Assembly (NCBI GenBank): GCA_035299425.1 | Contig: DATGWP010000160.1 | Span: 4,929 to 68,928, forward strand | Direction of reading: 5' to 3' | DNA: 64,000 nucleotides | Origin: Chitinophagales bacterium | GTDB lineage: Bacteria > Bacteroidota > Bacteroidia > Chitinophagales > LD1 | Shown here: in pieces, positions 45,400 to 55,529 of the stretch | How positions within the stretch are numbered: position 1 is the stretch's first letter | Layout of the letters: each line of letters starts with the position of its first letter | Program-made: the position numbers and the translations under genes | The notes under the pieces: model-generated | The model's input: only the letters and a program-made list of their open reading frames with translations | Told to the model about the DNA's origin: nothing | Databases searched by the model: none

Positions 45400-46850
45400 T
45401 AAGATTGATTAGTTGCATTATTCTGTCGATTCCAATAGTAGTAAACAGGAATACCTATTGCCACAATAAACAACCCAGGCCAGCAGGCAGAGAATTTTAC
45501 AATAAGAAGGTTTACACAAAAAGCTACAGCAAGAAGAATATAAATAGCAGGTACTACCGGGTAGCCAAATGCTTTGTAAGGGCGCTCCTCATCGGGCATT
45601 TTTTTGCGGAGGATGAAGATACCAGCGATGGTCAGTATGTAGAACAACATTACCGAGAACATTACATAGTCGAGCAGGTCGCCGTATTTGCCGCTAAGGC
45701 AAAGTGCTGCGGACCATATAAACTGAATCCACAGAGCAAAGCCGGGTACGCCGTTCTTGTTGTTGTGCTTCATCTTCTCGAAGAACAAACCATCTTTAGC
45801 CATGGCCTGGTAAACGCGCACGCTGGAAAGAATAATACCGTTGTTACAACCAAAGGTTGAAATCATGATAAGCACCGCCATTATTACTACCGCACTGCTG
45901 CCAAACATGACACTTGTGGCTGCCGTGGCTACACGGTCTTGCTGCGCAAACTGAATACCGCGTGCTATAGTATCGGCACCGTTAGGGTCGCCAGTAAGCG
46001 GTAGCAAAAACAGGTAAGCTATGTTTACCAGCAGGTAAAGTGATACAACTATGAATGTTCCGGCCGCAAGACTTAGAGGGATATTACGTTTAGGATTTTC
46101 GATGTCGCCGGATATAAAGGTTACGTTGTTCCATGCATCGCTGCTGAATAGGGAACCTACCATGCCTACGCCAATAGCGGAAAGCAGCGCGATAGATGAA
46201 AGGTTGCTTTGCACCCAGTTGCCGGCGCTGTCTTTATCCCAGTGGGTGGTATTGAATGCATCGGCCCAGTTAAGGCTGAATGTTTGGGCAGAGCCATACA
46301 CTAACAGGCCTAATACGATAATGCCAAACAGCGCTATGAGCTTGGCAGAAGTAAAAATGCGTACTACTATTTTACCGTAGTTGATACCCTGGCTATTGAT
46401 AAGGGTTAGAATAAAAATGGAGAAGATACCGAGTAGTTGAGCCGCCGATATTTTGAATTTGCCTATTTCTAAAAGTATGTTGTTTTCGCTGAGTGAAGGT
46501 ACGAGCACGCCTGTAAATTTTGCAAAAGCTACTGCTACCGCCGCAATGGTACCGCACTGAACAACAAGAAAGATTGTCCAGCCGTATAAGAAACCAACTA
46601 ACGGGTTGTAGGCTTTTTTGAGATACACGTACTGGCCACCGGCGTGTGGAAACATACCTGCCAACTCGCCATAGCTAAGGGCTGCAAACAGGGTGATGAC
46701 ACCCGATATAATCCATGATAATAACAACCAGCCCGCACCACCAGTCTGGCGGCTTATATCGGCACTAACGATAAAGATACCGGAGCCTATCATAGAACCG
46801 GAAACAATTAAAGTAGCATCGAGCAGGTTAAGGGATTTTTTTTCTGCCAT
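45399..46850 (-). CDS. APC-superfamily amino acid permease (LAT/SteT-like)
   Basis: 12-TM pattern, GSGIF, about 480 aa. Confidence 0.85.
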   Translation of the reverse strand: MAEKKSLNLLDATLIVSGSMIGSGIFIVSADISRQTGGAGWLLLSWIISGVITLFAALSYGELAGMFPHAGGQYVYLKKAYNPLVGFLYGWTIFLVVQCGTIAAVAVAFAKFTGVLVPSLSENNILLEIGKFKISAAQLLGIFSIFILTLINSQGINYGKIVVRIFTSAKLIALFGIIVLGLLVYGSAQTFSLNWADAFNTTHWDKDSAGNWVQSNLSSIALLSAIGVGMVGSLFSSDAWNNVTFISGDIENPKRNIPLSLAAGTFIVVSLYLLVNIAYLFLLPLTGDPNGADTIARGIQFAQQDRVATAATSVMFGSSAVVIMAVLIMISTFGCNNGIILSSVRVYQAMAKDGLFFEKMKHNNKNGVPGFALWIQFIWSAALCLSGKYGDLLDYVMFSVMLFYILTIAGIFILRKKMPDEERPYKAFGYPVVPAIYILLAVAFCVNLLIVKFSACWPGLFIVAIGIPVYYYWNRQNNATNQS

Positions 46851-46881
46851 CGGGTTATTGGGTTAGTTGATGATTAGAAAT

Positions 46882-46915
46882 AAAAAATCCCTCCCCGGTT
46901 GGGGGAGGGATTTTT
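46882..46915. terminator. bidirectional-shaped terminator between the two permease genes
   Basis: A6-TCCCTCCCC-GGTTG-GGGGAGGGA-T5. Confidence 0.8.
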
Positions 46916-46925
46916 ATATCAGCAT

Positions 46926-48383
46926 TTAGTTTTGAGAATCTTTCAACTTGCTACGCTTGCGGCTGTACAAAAAGTAGATAGCAAGGCCAAGGGCCATCCA
47001 TATAATAAGACGCAGCCAGGTATCGCCGGGCAAAAACGCCATCATACCAAAGCAAACTACAATACCCAATATAGGCACTACGGGTACAAATGGTGTTTTG
47101 AATACACGTGGTGCATCGGGCATTTTGTAGCGCATGTAAAGCACACCGGCACATACAATGATGAAGGCCAGCAGGGTTCCTATGCTTGTCATTTCGCCTA
47201 CTACGCGGGCAGGAACAAAAGCTGCAAACAAGCTAACAAACAACATAAAAAGAAGGTTTGACTTGTAGGGTGTTTTGTAAGAAGAATGCACCTCGGAGAA
47301 AACCTTTGGCAGTAAACCGTCTTTGCTCATGCTAAAGAACACGCGCGACTGGCCCATTAGCATAACCATGATAACCGATGAGTAACCGGCAAGAATGGCG
47401 ATAATAACCGCCTGCTGCAGCCAGATATAAGGTGTATGGCGAATAGCTACGGCAACCGGCGCAATACCATCCTGGCCCTGAAACTCGGTATAGTGGGCAA
47501 GGCCGGTCATAACGTGTGCAAACAAAATATACAGCACAGTGCAAATACCCAGCGAAACCAGAATACCTATCGGCATACCTTTAGAAGGGTTTTTAGCCTC
47601 CTGGGCGGCGGTGCTTACGGCATCGAAACCGATATAGGCAAAGAAGATGATACCCGCTGCACGGATGATACCGCTCCAGCCATACTCTCCAAAGTTGCCC
47701 GTGTTTTCAGGTATATAAGGTGTATAGTTAGCTGTATTGATATAAGCCCAGCCCAGGCCGATAAACACAATAACCACCGTAACCTTTAAGGCCACAATTA
47801 TATTATTTACAAATGCTGATTCGCGGGTGCCTTTAATAAGCAGCAGCGACATAACTATTACTATAAATACGGCCGGTATATTTATCATGCCATGTGTAAC
47901 CATGCCATTTGCGCTAGTGACCGAGTCGAAGGGCGACATGGCCATTTGTGCAGGCAGGTAGATTTCGTAGTACTCCAGTAGCTTAATTAAATAGCGGGAC
48001 CAGCTAATGGCAACAGTAGCTGCACCTACAGCGTATTCAAGCACCAGGTCCCAGCCGATAATCCAGGCAATAAACTCGCCCATGGTAGCGTAAGCATAGG
48101 TATAAGCGCTACCAGCCACCGGTATCATACTGGCAAACTCGGCATAGCACAAACCTGCAAAGGCACAGCCCAAAGCGGCAATTACAAATGATATAGTTAC
48201 GGCCGGGCCCGCATTGTTGGCAGCAGCACCGCCGGTGATAGAAAACAAACCGGCCCCGATAATGGCACCAATACCTAACGTAACCAGATTAAACGAGGTA
48301 AGCGTACGGTGCAGTGTATGGCTGCCATCCTCTGACTCGCGGATAAGTTGGGGAATAGATTTTCTTTTAAATAAATCGCTCAT
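46926..48383 (-). CDS. APC-superfamily amino acid permease (cationic amino acid transporter-like)
   Basis: 12 or more TM segments, GAIIGAGLF, about 485 aa. Confidence 0.85.
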   Translation of the reverse strand: MSDLFKRKSIPQLIRESEDGSHTLHRTLTSFNLVTLGIGAIIGAGLFSITGGAAANNAGPAVTISFVIAALGCAFAGLCYAEFASMIPVAGSAYTYAYATMGEFIAWIIGWDLVLEYAVGAATVAISWSRYLIKLLEYYEIYLPAQMAMSPFDSVTSANGMVTHGMINIPAVFIVIVMSLLLIKGTRESAFVNNIIVALKVTVVIVFIGLGWAYINTANYTPYIPENTGNFGEYGWSGIIRAAGIIFFAYIGFDAVSTAAQEAKNPSKGMPIGILVSLGICTVLYILFAHVMTGLAHYTEFQGQDGIAPVAVAIRHTPYIWLQQAVIIAILAGYSSVIMVMLMGQSRVFFSMSKDGLLPKVFSEVHSSYKTPYKSNLLFMLFVSLFAAFVPARVVGEMTSIGTLLAFIIVCAGVLYMRYKMPDAPRVFKTPFVPVVPILGIVVCFGMMAFLPGDTWLRLIIWMALGLAIYFLYSRKRSKLKDSQN

Positions 48384-48448
48384 AAATTGGGTTTTGCTAT
48401 AGAATGCTTTACGGGTAAAACTATTCTTTTTTTCTTACCTCAAAATTT

Positions 48449-49213
48449 TCAAATGGTAATTTTCAAACCATCGTAACCGGCCTTTACATTGGCAGGCAGT
48501 TTCTTTTCCATATCTGCATGCAGGCCAAACTGGTGGCTCATGTGAATAAGGTAAGCGGTTTCGGGTTTTACATCTTCAATTAACTGCAAGGCCTCGTCTA
48601 TGGTAAAATGAGAATAGTGCTCTTCGTAACGCAGCGCATTTACTATTAAAGTTTTAGTGCCGCGTATTTTATCCCGCTCTTCGGCAGCAATTGTTTTGGC
48701 ATCGGTTATGTATGTAAAATCTGCTATTCTGAAGCCGAGCACAGGCATAGGGCCGTGCATTACCTCGATAGGTGTTATCTGTAAATCCCCCACACTAAAA
48801 TCCTCATTGTTTTTAATGCGGATAAAGTTCATTTTAGGCAGATAAGGGTAATCGGTTTCGGTAAACACATAGCTATACTGGTCTTTAATTCCCAGTTCGG
48901 TAGCATAGTCGCAGTATACATCCAGCGCTCTTTTATTAATAAAATTAAACGCGCGCACATCATCCAGCCCACCGGTGTGGTCCTTGTGTTGGTGGGTCAT
49001 AAGTATAGCATCGAGGTGGCGGACATCTTCGCGCAGCATTTGCTGGCGAAAATCGGGGCCGCAGTCTACCGCTATGGTTAGCTGTTCGGTTTGAATAAGT
49101 ATGGAAGTACGTAAGCGCTTATCGCGCGGGTCGGGGCTTTTGCAAACCTGGCACTGACAGCCAATGAGAGGAACCCCACCCGATGTACCAGTACCAAGAA
49201 AAGTTATTTGCAT
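48449..49213 (-). CDS. MBL-fold metallo-hydrolase
   Basis: HxHxDH motif (THQHKDHTGG). 254 aa, PhnP/RNase Z-like size. Confidence 0.85.
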   Translation of the reverse strand: MQITFLGTGTSGGVPLIGCQCQVCKSPDPRDKRLRTSILIQTEQLTIAVDCGPDFRQQMLREDVRHLDAILMTHQHKDHTGGLDDVRAFNFINKRALDVYCDYATELGIKDQYSYVFTETDYPYLPKMNFIRIKNNEDFSVGDLQITPIEVMHGPMPVLGFRIADFTYITDAKTIAAEERDKIRGTKTLIVNALRYEEHYSHFTIDEALQLIEDVKPETAYLIHMSHQFGLHADMEKKLPANVKAGYDGLKITI

Positions 49214-49276
49214 AGGGTAAAGGTATGTGTAATTTCCGTGTAGCGCGCTTTACCAATAGAATTTAACGGATGTAGA

Positions 49277-49561
49277 TTATTTTTCGAAAAGAGTTTCCTT
49301 CTCGGTTTTAATTTGCTGAAACAACTGGGCACTTTCGCTGGACAGGTTTTCCAGCTCAAGGTCGTTAATATTCATCAATATATCAATCATTGAATTGATT
49401 TTGGCTTCCGGTTCGTGGAATTTATTGATTACCACTACACGGCGTTTTTCCAACACACAGTAGCCGTTTTGAAAATTGCCTCTTTCGTAACGCACAGTGT
49501 AGCCACCTTCTTTAAAGATATCTTCTACTTTCTTAAGTAAACTTGCATTATATTTAAGCAT
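49277..49561 (-). CDS. hypothetical small protein
   Basis: 94-aa ORF with no recognised motif. Confidence 0.45.
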   Translation of the reverse strand: MLKYNASLLKKVEDIFKEGGYTVRYERGNFQNGYCVLEKRRVVVINKFHEPEAKINSMIDILMNINDLELENLSSESAQLFQQIKTEKETLFEK

Positions 49562-49657
49562 ATTCGTTTGATTGTTAAGGAGAAACAGGGTTCGCTTTTT
49601 TTCATTTGCTTTGTCCTGTAATTCGATTACGAAAATATTTTTCTGTTAATTGATAGT

Positions 49658-50503
49658 ATGAAGAAGAAACTAACACTGTTGATATTGTTGTTACCGTTTG
49701 TGGTATTTGCCCAAACCGGCATGAAAGACGGCACTATTACCATAGATTTTGGCAAAAAGGATAAGAATAGCCAACAAACGCAACCGATAGATACCCCGCA
49801 GGAGAAACCATTTGTTTACCCCAGCGATGAGGAAGCGATGGAAGAACGGGATGCCCGGACGCCTAAAAAACAAAAACGAAAAACTACCATGCCTAACCAG
49901 GAGGATTTTGATTTTAGGCGCGATGGGTTGTTTAAGGGGCTTTTTAGCGTTGGGCTGAATGCCTGCCAGGTGGATGGTGACCAACAGGCGGGATACAACA
50001 GGTTAGGGTTTAGTGGCGGCGTAGGAGTAATGATACGGTACCACAAGTTTCTTTCAACCAGTGTAGAGATACACTACTCGATGAAAGGGGCTAAAGAACG
50101 CCTGGTGCCTAATCGGAACCCTGCTGCGGGCCAGTTATATAACCTGCAACTAGACTATATAGATATACCGGTATCGATTTTAAACGTGCACGATAAAAAG
50201 CTAGTAATGTTTAGCGTGGGATTAACCCCTTCGCTATTGGTTAGATATAAAGAAAGGGATTTGAATGGTATGGACCCTGTGGCTGTTAACCCCAATTACC
50301 AAACACCCAAGCGTTTTGACTTAAGCGGTTTTGCCGCCTTTGGTTTTGTAATTAAGCAACAGTTTTATCTGGGGGCTAAGTTTTCTTATTCTTTCTTAAG
50401 CATGAGGCCAGCACTACCTAACACCAAAACCAGGGGACAATACAACAATGTGATAAACTTCAGGTTTATGTATATAATGGGGCAGCTTAAAAAGAAAAAG
50501 TAA
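49658..50503 (+). CDS. outer-membrane beta-barrel (porin-family) protein
   Basis: Signal peptide MKKKLTLLILLLPFVVFAQ, alternating beta-strand pattern, C-terminal aromatic residue. Confidence 0.6.
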   Translation: MKKKLTLLILLLPFVVFAQTGMKDGTITIDFGKKDKNSQQTQPIDTPQEKPFVYPSDEEAMEERDARTPKKQKRKTTMPNQEDFDFRRDGLFKGLFSVGLNACQVDGDQQAGYNRLGFSGGVGVMIRYHKFLSTSVEIHYSMKGAKERLVPNRNPAAGQLYNLQLDYIDIPVSILNVHDKKLVMFSVGLTPSLLVRYKERDLNGMDPVAVNPNYQTPKRFDLSGFAAFGFVIKQQFYLGAKFSYSFLSMRPALPNTKTRGQYNNVINFRFMYIMGQLKKKK

Positions 50504-50515
50504 TCTGCAGTAAGC

Positions 50516-51931
50516 ATGCCTAACAAAACGAACAATTCCCCACTTTACAATTATCTATTGGCCGTAGTGCTAATAGCTTTTGCCGCGTTAAAATTCAACG
50601 ACCTTTTTCTGCCCTATTTTTGGGATGAGTTGGGAGTCTACTCACAATGTGCCGTGTACCAGTACCACCATGGCATAAGCCTTATGCCTGCCTCATTGCC
50701 CGATTATATATCAAGGGGGCACCCGTTATTTCTTACCGTGATGAATGCCAGCATAATGAAATTTTTTGGCACAGCGGTTTATGTGCCTCATTCCCTGCAT
50801 TTGTTTATAGCTATCCTGCTTTTATTGGCGGTTTACAAGTACACCACGCGGTATTTTAACCGGTTAACGGGTTTAGTGGCAGTGGTGATACTTGCTGCGC
50901 AGCCTATCTTCATTACTCAATCCATCTTTTTGCTGCCCGAGGTGCTGTTATCCTTACTTATGTTTTACAGCCTTGTCAGCTATTTTGAAAAAAAATATAT
51001 CCTCTTTGGCCTGTTTGCCTCTCTGGCTATACTAACTAAAGAGAGTGCGGTTGTGCTTCCGGTAGTTGTATTTTCCTATTCGGTTTTAAGATGGCTTGTA
51101 ACACGGACGGGCAACGATGCATTCAATCCCCTGAATTTACTGGCCACTTTTATGCCCTATATTTTTTTCGGTGGATTTCTTCTTATTCAAAAGGCACAGA
51201 TGGGATGGTATTTTTTCCCATACCATATAAATAATACCGGTTTCAACGTAGAACAAACGTGGGAAAAATTCGCTGACTTTTTCCATTTTGCTTTTCACCG
51301 TCAGGGACGTTTTTGGTGGAACAGCATTTTTTTTACCGGTGCGATTTTAGCGTTGGCACGCAACCAACTAACCAAAGAAACGCTGCGATCAAACATACTG
51401 GTGCTATTTATAATTTTCATTTCGGGCTTTTTAGTGTTCAGTTCACTAAGCTTCTTTATGGAGCGTTATGTAGTAGTAGTAATTGTATTTTCATCTGTTA
51501 TAGTGGCCGTGGCCGTAGTCAATGTTCTTCAAAATAAAATCTTGATAGCTATATGTACTGCGCTATTGGCAATAACAGCCCTGAGCCATTTTGAATCGGA
51601 CAAATTCAATTATGATAATGATATGAGCTACCGGAAAGAGGTACAGAACCTACAGGCAATAGTTGACTCCTGCGCTACACTTTCAAAGGGTGAAGAACTT
51701 GTTTATGGAAATTTTCCGGCCTATTTTGCCCTAAATTTTCGCGAAGGAGGATATTTAAAACCCGATAAGCCGATTAAAGCCACTATGAACCTGGTAGACA
51801 GTGTAAAATACTTTATAACAACCTCACCCGGAGATAATATAAGGCAGGATGCACGGTTTAGGGATTCATTGATTGTGGAGATTAAAACAGATTATGCAGA
51901 AAGCAGGATATATTATCTGCATAGCAAGTAA
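50516..51931 (+). CDS. GT-C fold membrane glycosyltransferase (GT39/ArnT-like)
   Basis: About 11 TM helices with a first-loop acidic motif FWDELGVY, typical of lipid-linked-donor glycosyltransferases. Confidence 0.65.
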   Translation: MPNKTNNSPLYNYLLAVVLIAFAALKFNDLFLPYFWDELGVYSQCAVYQYHHGISLMPASLPDYISRGHPLFLTVMNASIMKFFGTAVYVPHSLHLFIAILLLLAVYKYTTRYFNRLTGLVAVVILAAQPIFITQSIFLLPEVLLSLLMFYSLVSYFEKKYILFGLFASLAILTKESAVVLPVVVFSYSVLRWLVTRTGNDAFNPLNLLATFMPYIFFGGFLLIQKAQMGWYFFPYHINNTGFNVEQTWEKFADFFHFAFHRQGRFWWNSIFFTGAILALARNQLTKETLRSNILVLFIIFISGFLVFSSLSFFMERYVVVVIVFSSVIVAVAVVNVLQNKILIAICTALLAITALSHFESDKFNYDNDMSYRKEVQNLQAIVDSCATLSKGEELVYGNFPAYFALNFREGGYLKPDKPIKATMNLVDSVKYFITTSPGDNIRQDARFRDSLIVEIKTDYAESRIYYLHSK

Positions 51932-51949
51932 TGAATCCCAAAAGTTTTA

Positions 51950-52891
51950 TCACTCTTTAGGAATATTAGCCAGCATATCCTTTGTCATTTTTGCCAAATC
52001 AAATTCCGGTTTCCAGCCCCAATCCTTTTGTGCTACGCTGTCGTCTATGCTCTGCGGCCAGCTTTCGGCGATTGCCTGGCGGAAATCGGGCTTGTAGGTA
52101 ATTTCGAATTCAGGTATATGCTTTTTAATTTCTGCCGCTACATCTTGGGGCGCAATGCTAAAACCGGAAAAGTTGTAACCTGAGCGGGTAGTAATTTTAT
52201 CTGCGGGCGCTTCCATCAAATCGATAGTACCGCGTATAGCATCGGGCATATACATCATGGGCAGGGTGGTATCTTCTTTTAAGAAACACTCATAGCTCTT
52301 CTTCTCTTTGGCCTCAAAGTATATTTCTACCGCATAGTCGGTGGTGCCGCCACCGGCTTTGGTTTTGTAGCTGATAAGGCCTGGATAGCGGATAGACCTT
52401 ACATCTAAGCCGCGTTTTTGAAAATACCAATCGCACCAGCGCTCGCCGGCCTGTTTGCTTATGCCGTAAATAGTATTGGGCTCCATTACTGTGAACTGAG
52501 GAGTATTAACCTTAGGGGTAGTAGGGCCAAACACGGCAATGGTAGAGGGGAAGAATAGTTTTTTGACCTGGTTCTCTACACATACATCGAGCACGTTGCG
52601 CAGGCCCTTCATGTTTATGCGCCACGCCATTTCGGGGTTCTTTTCGCCAGTAGCCGAAAGAATAGCCGCCAGATGATAAACCTGGTTAACCTTAAAGCGC
52701 TTTACAACATCGGCCAGGCCGTTTTTGTAAAGCACATCCAACCGGATAAACTCCCCGCCTTCTTTTAACTCCGGCGAGCCATCTTTAAGGTCGGAGGCTA
52801 TAACATTTTTATACATTTTACGGAGAGCTAAAACCAGTTCTGTTCCTATTTGTCCCCCTGCACCGGTAACCAGTATCGTGTCGTTTTGCAT
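51950..52891 (-). CDS. NAD-dependent epimerase/dehydratase-family SDR (L-threonine 3-dehydrogenase-like)
   Basis: ILVTGAGGQIGTELV Rossmann motif and YxxxK (YGISK). ATG at 52891 is preferred. Confidence 0.75.
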   Translation of the reverse strand: MQNDTILVTGAGGQIGTELVLALRKMYKNVIASDLKDGSPELKEGGEFIRLDVLYKNGLADVVKRFKVNQVYHLAAILSATGEKNPEMAWRINMKGLRNVLDVCVENQVKKLFFPSTIAVFGPTTPKVNTPQFTVMEPNTIYGISKQAGERWCDWYFQKRGLDVRSIRYPGLISYKTKAGGGTTDYAVEIYFEAKEKKSYECFLKEDTTLPMMYMPDAIRGTIDLMEAPADKITTRSGYNFSGFSIAPQDVAAEIKKHIPEFEITYKPDFRQAIAESWPQSIDDSVAQKDWGWKPEFDLAKMTKDMLANIPKE

Positions 52892-53027
52892 AATTACAGA
52901 TATACTATTGAGCGTTGTTGTGAGAACCAAAAGTAAAAAGTTTGCGTTTCTAACATTTGCTAATTTACCACAGGTGTATGAGCACATTAACACATTTTCC
53001 TATTTTCGGGCGCAATAAACTAATTAC

Positions 53028-55529
53028 ATGCAAAAACGAATTTTGCCCCATGTAGCCGCCGTGCTCACTTTTGCCTTACTTACAATTATATATTTCTACC
53101 CATACTATAAAGGCATGACACTGGGCGCCCATGATACCACCCAATGGAATGCCATGGCACAGGAGACAATAGCCTGGAAAGAAAAGACGGGAGAGCAAGC
53201 CCTATGGACCAACAGTATGTTTGGCGGTATGCCTACCTTTCAGATATCGGTTCTTTACCCCGGCAACTGGGTAAGCTATATCCCTAAAGCTTTTCAGCCG
53301 GTATTTCCCGAGGCATCGGCTTTACTGTTTTTCATGTTTACGGGCTTCTACATTTTGCTCCTTTGCTTTGGTATAAACCACTGGTTGGCATTAGCGGGGG
53401 CGCTGGCGTATGGCCTGGCATCGTTTAACCTGATAAGCATAGAAGCCGGACATAACACCAAAGTAATGGCTATGGCGCTGATGGCCCCGGCTATAGGGGG
53501 CATGGTGCTGGCCTACCGTGGCAAAATATTAATGGGTGCTGCAGTTACTGCTCTGTTTCTTTCATTAAATATTGACGCTAACCACTTTCAGATAACCTAT
53601 TACCTGTTGCTTACTATGGGTATGCTGGGTATTTATTTTTTGGCAGAAGCGGTTATTCAAAAAACGTTGCCAAATTTTGGAAAGGCAACGCTTGCGCTGA
53701 TACTTGTTTCGGGCCTGGCATTTGTGCCTAACGTAGCTAACTTATGGAGCACCTGGGAGTATGGCAAACAAACCATGCGCGGCGGGGGCAGCCAGCTGGC
53801 AGAAAAGAAAGCCACTAATAAGGGCGGTGGCCTGGATATAGAATACGCCACCCGCTGGAGCGAAGGTGCCAGCGACTTTGAATTTCTTTCGATACTTATA
53901 CCTAACATAAAAGGCGGAGCCTCGGGCAGTGAGCTATCAACCAATTCGGCATCTTACAAAGCATTGAGCGGAAACGGCATTCAATCGGCTGACAATATTG
54001 TAAAACGAATGCCTACCTACTGGGGCGACCAGCCGTTTACATCGGGGCCGGTTTATCTTGGAGCCGCTATATTTTTTCTTTTTGTTTTAGGATTAATGAT
54101 TGTTCGCTCGCCTATAAAATGGGCATTGCTGGCTATATCTATCTTCTTCCTTCTGTTATCGTTTGGACATAACACGCCATTCTTCGAATTGTGCTTTAAC
54201 CTGCTACCGGTATTCAATAAATTCCGTACGCCTACCATGGCGCTGGCAGTATTGCAGATAACCTTTCCGCTACTAGCCCTGCTGGCCATTAATGAAATAG
54301 TGACTGGTAAAGTAGCAGGTGAGGAACTAAAGAAAAAGCTATTTATAGCCGGTGGTGTAACAGCCGGTATCATTCTGATTTTTGGCTTATTTGGCATAGG
54401 TGCTGATTACAGCAGCAAAGGCGACCTGGAACTTGCCAAACAATTTCCGGATTGGTTGATGAAGGCGTTGAGAGAAGACCGTGCCAGCATGTTGCGTAGC
54501 GATGCTATGCGCTCCTTATTCTTTGCCGGTACTGCCTTTGGCGCCATCTGGCTTTATATGCGCAAAACAATTTCTACAAACATATTGGCTCTAACGCTGG
54601 GTGCTATCTTTTTACTGGATGGATGGTTAGTAGCTAACCGGTACCTAAACGCTGATGATTTTCAGGAAGATGCACAGTTTGCACAAAACTTTCAGCCATC
54701 GCAAACCGACCTGCAAATTTTACAGGATAAAGACCTTAGCTATCGTGTATATGACCAAACGGTTGACCCATTCAACACCGCATCGCCTGCTTATTTCCAT
54801 AAACTGGTAGGCGGTTATAGCCCTGCCAAGCTACAGATATACCAGGACCTGATAGAGCGCCAGATTTCACAACGCAACCCTAAGGTATTTGATATGCTTA
54901 ACACCAAATATTTTAAGGTAGCTGATGAAAAGGGTAATGAGCGCGTAATACCAAATACTGCGGCCCTTGGCAATGCCTGGTTAGTAAGCAACATACTGCA
55001 TGTAAGCACTGCCGATGAAGAAATTGACACATTAGATGCAATTACATTTGACCCACGCACCACAGCTGTTATACATAAAGAGTTTGATGCATTGGTATCT
55101 GACAAATCATTAGGCAACGACTCAGCTGCCAGTATACGCCTAGAAACCTACTCGCCTAACAAACTTACCTACGCATATAACTCTGCCACACCGCAGGTAG
55201 CAGTGTTTTCGGAGATATACTATGCCGGTGAGCATGGATGGAAAGCCTATATAGACGGCAAAGAAACGCCACATTTCCGTGCCAACTATGTGTTGCGCGC
55301 TATGGCGTTGCCAGAAGGGAAGCACACCGTTGAATTCCGTTTTGAGCCAAAATCGTACTACACCGGTAACAAGATTGCGTATGCAGGTTCGTTTTTGCTG
55401 CTGGCTTTTGTTTTCGGTACACTTGGCTTTGGCGGCTACAAGCGCATGAAAGAAATACAAAGCGAACCACAAGCACCGGTTAAACCAACTGTAACACCTA
55501 CAGCGAAGCCAACAACAAAAAAGAAGTGA
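53028..55529 (+). CDS. YfhO-family membrane (glycosyl)transferase
   Basis: 833 aa. Multi-TM N-terminal two-thirds, extracytoplasmic C-domain, terminal TM helix. Confidence 0.75.
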   Translation: MQKRILPHVAAVLTFALLTIIYFYPYYKGMTLGAHDTTQWNAMAQETIAWKEKTGEQALWTNSMFGGMPTFQISVLYPGNWVSYIPKAFQPVFPEASALLFFMFTGFYILLLCFGINHWLALAGALAYGLASFNLISIEAGHNTKVMAMALMAPAIGGMVLAYRGKILMGAAVTALFLSLNIDANHFQITYYLLLTMGMLGIYFLAEAVIQKTLPNFGKATLALILVSGLAFVPNVANLWSTWEYGKQTMRGGGSQLAEKKATNKGGGLDIEYATRWSEGASDFEFLSILIPNIKGGASGSELSTNSASYKALSGNGIQSADNIVKRMPTYWGDQPFTSGPVYLGAAIFFLFVLGLMIVRSPIKWALLAISIFFLLLSFGHNTPFFELCFNLLPVFNKFRTPTMALAVLQITFPLLALLAINEIVTGKVAGEELKKKLFIAGGVTAGIILIFGLFGIGADYSSKGDLELAKQFPDWLMKALREDRASMLRSDAMRSLFFAGTAFGAIWLYMRKTISTNILALTLGAIFLLDGWLVANRYLNADDFQEDAQFAQNFQPSQTDLQILQDKDLSYRVYDQTVDPFNTASPAYFHKLVGGYSPAKLQIYQDLIERQISQRNPKVFDMLNTKYFKVADEKGNERVIPNTAALGNAWLVSNILHVSTADEEIDTLDAITFDPRTTAVIHKEFDALVSDKSLGNDSAASIRLETYSPNKLTYAYNSATPQVAVFSEIYYAGEHGWKAYIDGKETPHFRANYVLRAMALPEGKHTVEFRFEPKSYYTGNKIAYAGSFLLLAFVFGTLGFGGYKRMKEIQSEPQAPVKPTVTPTAKPTTKKK

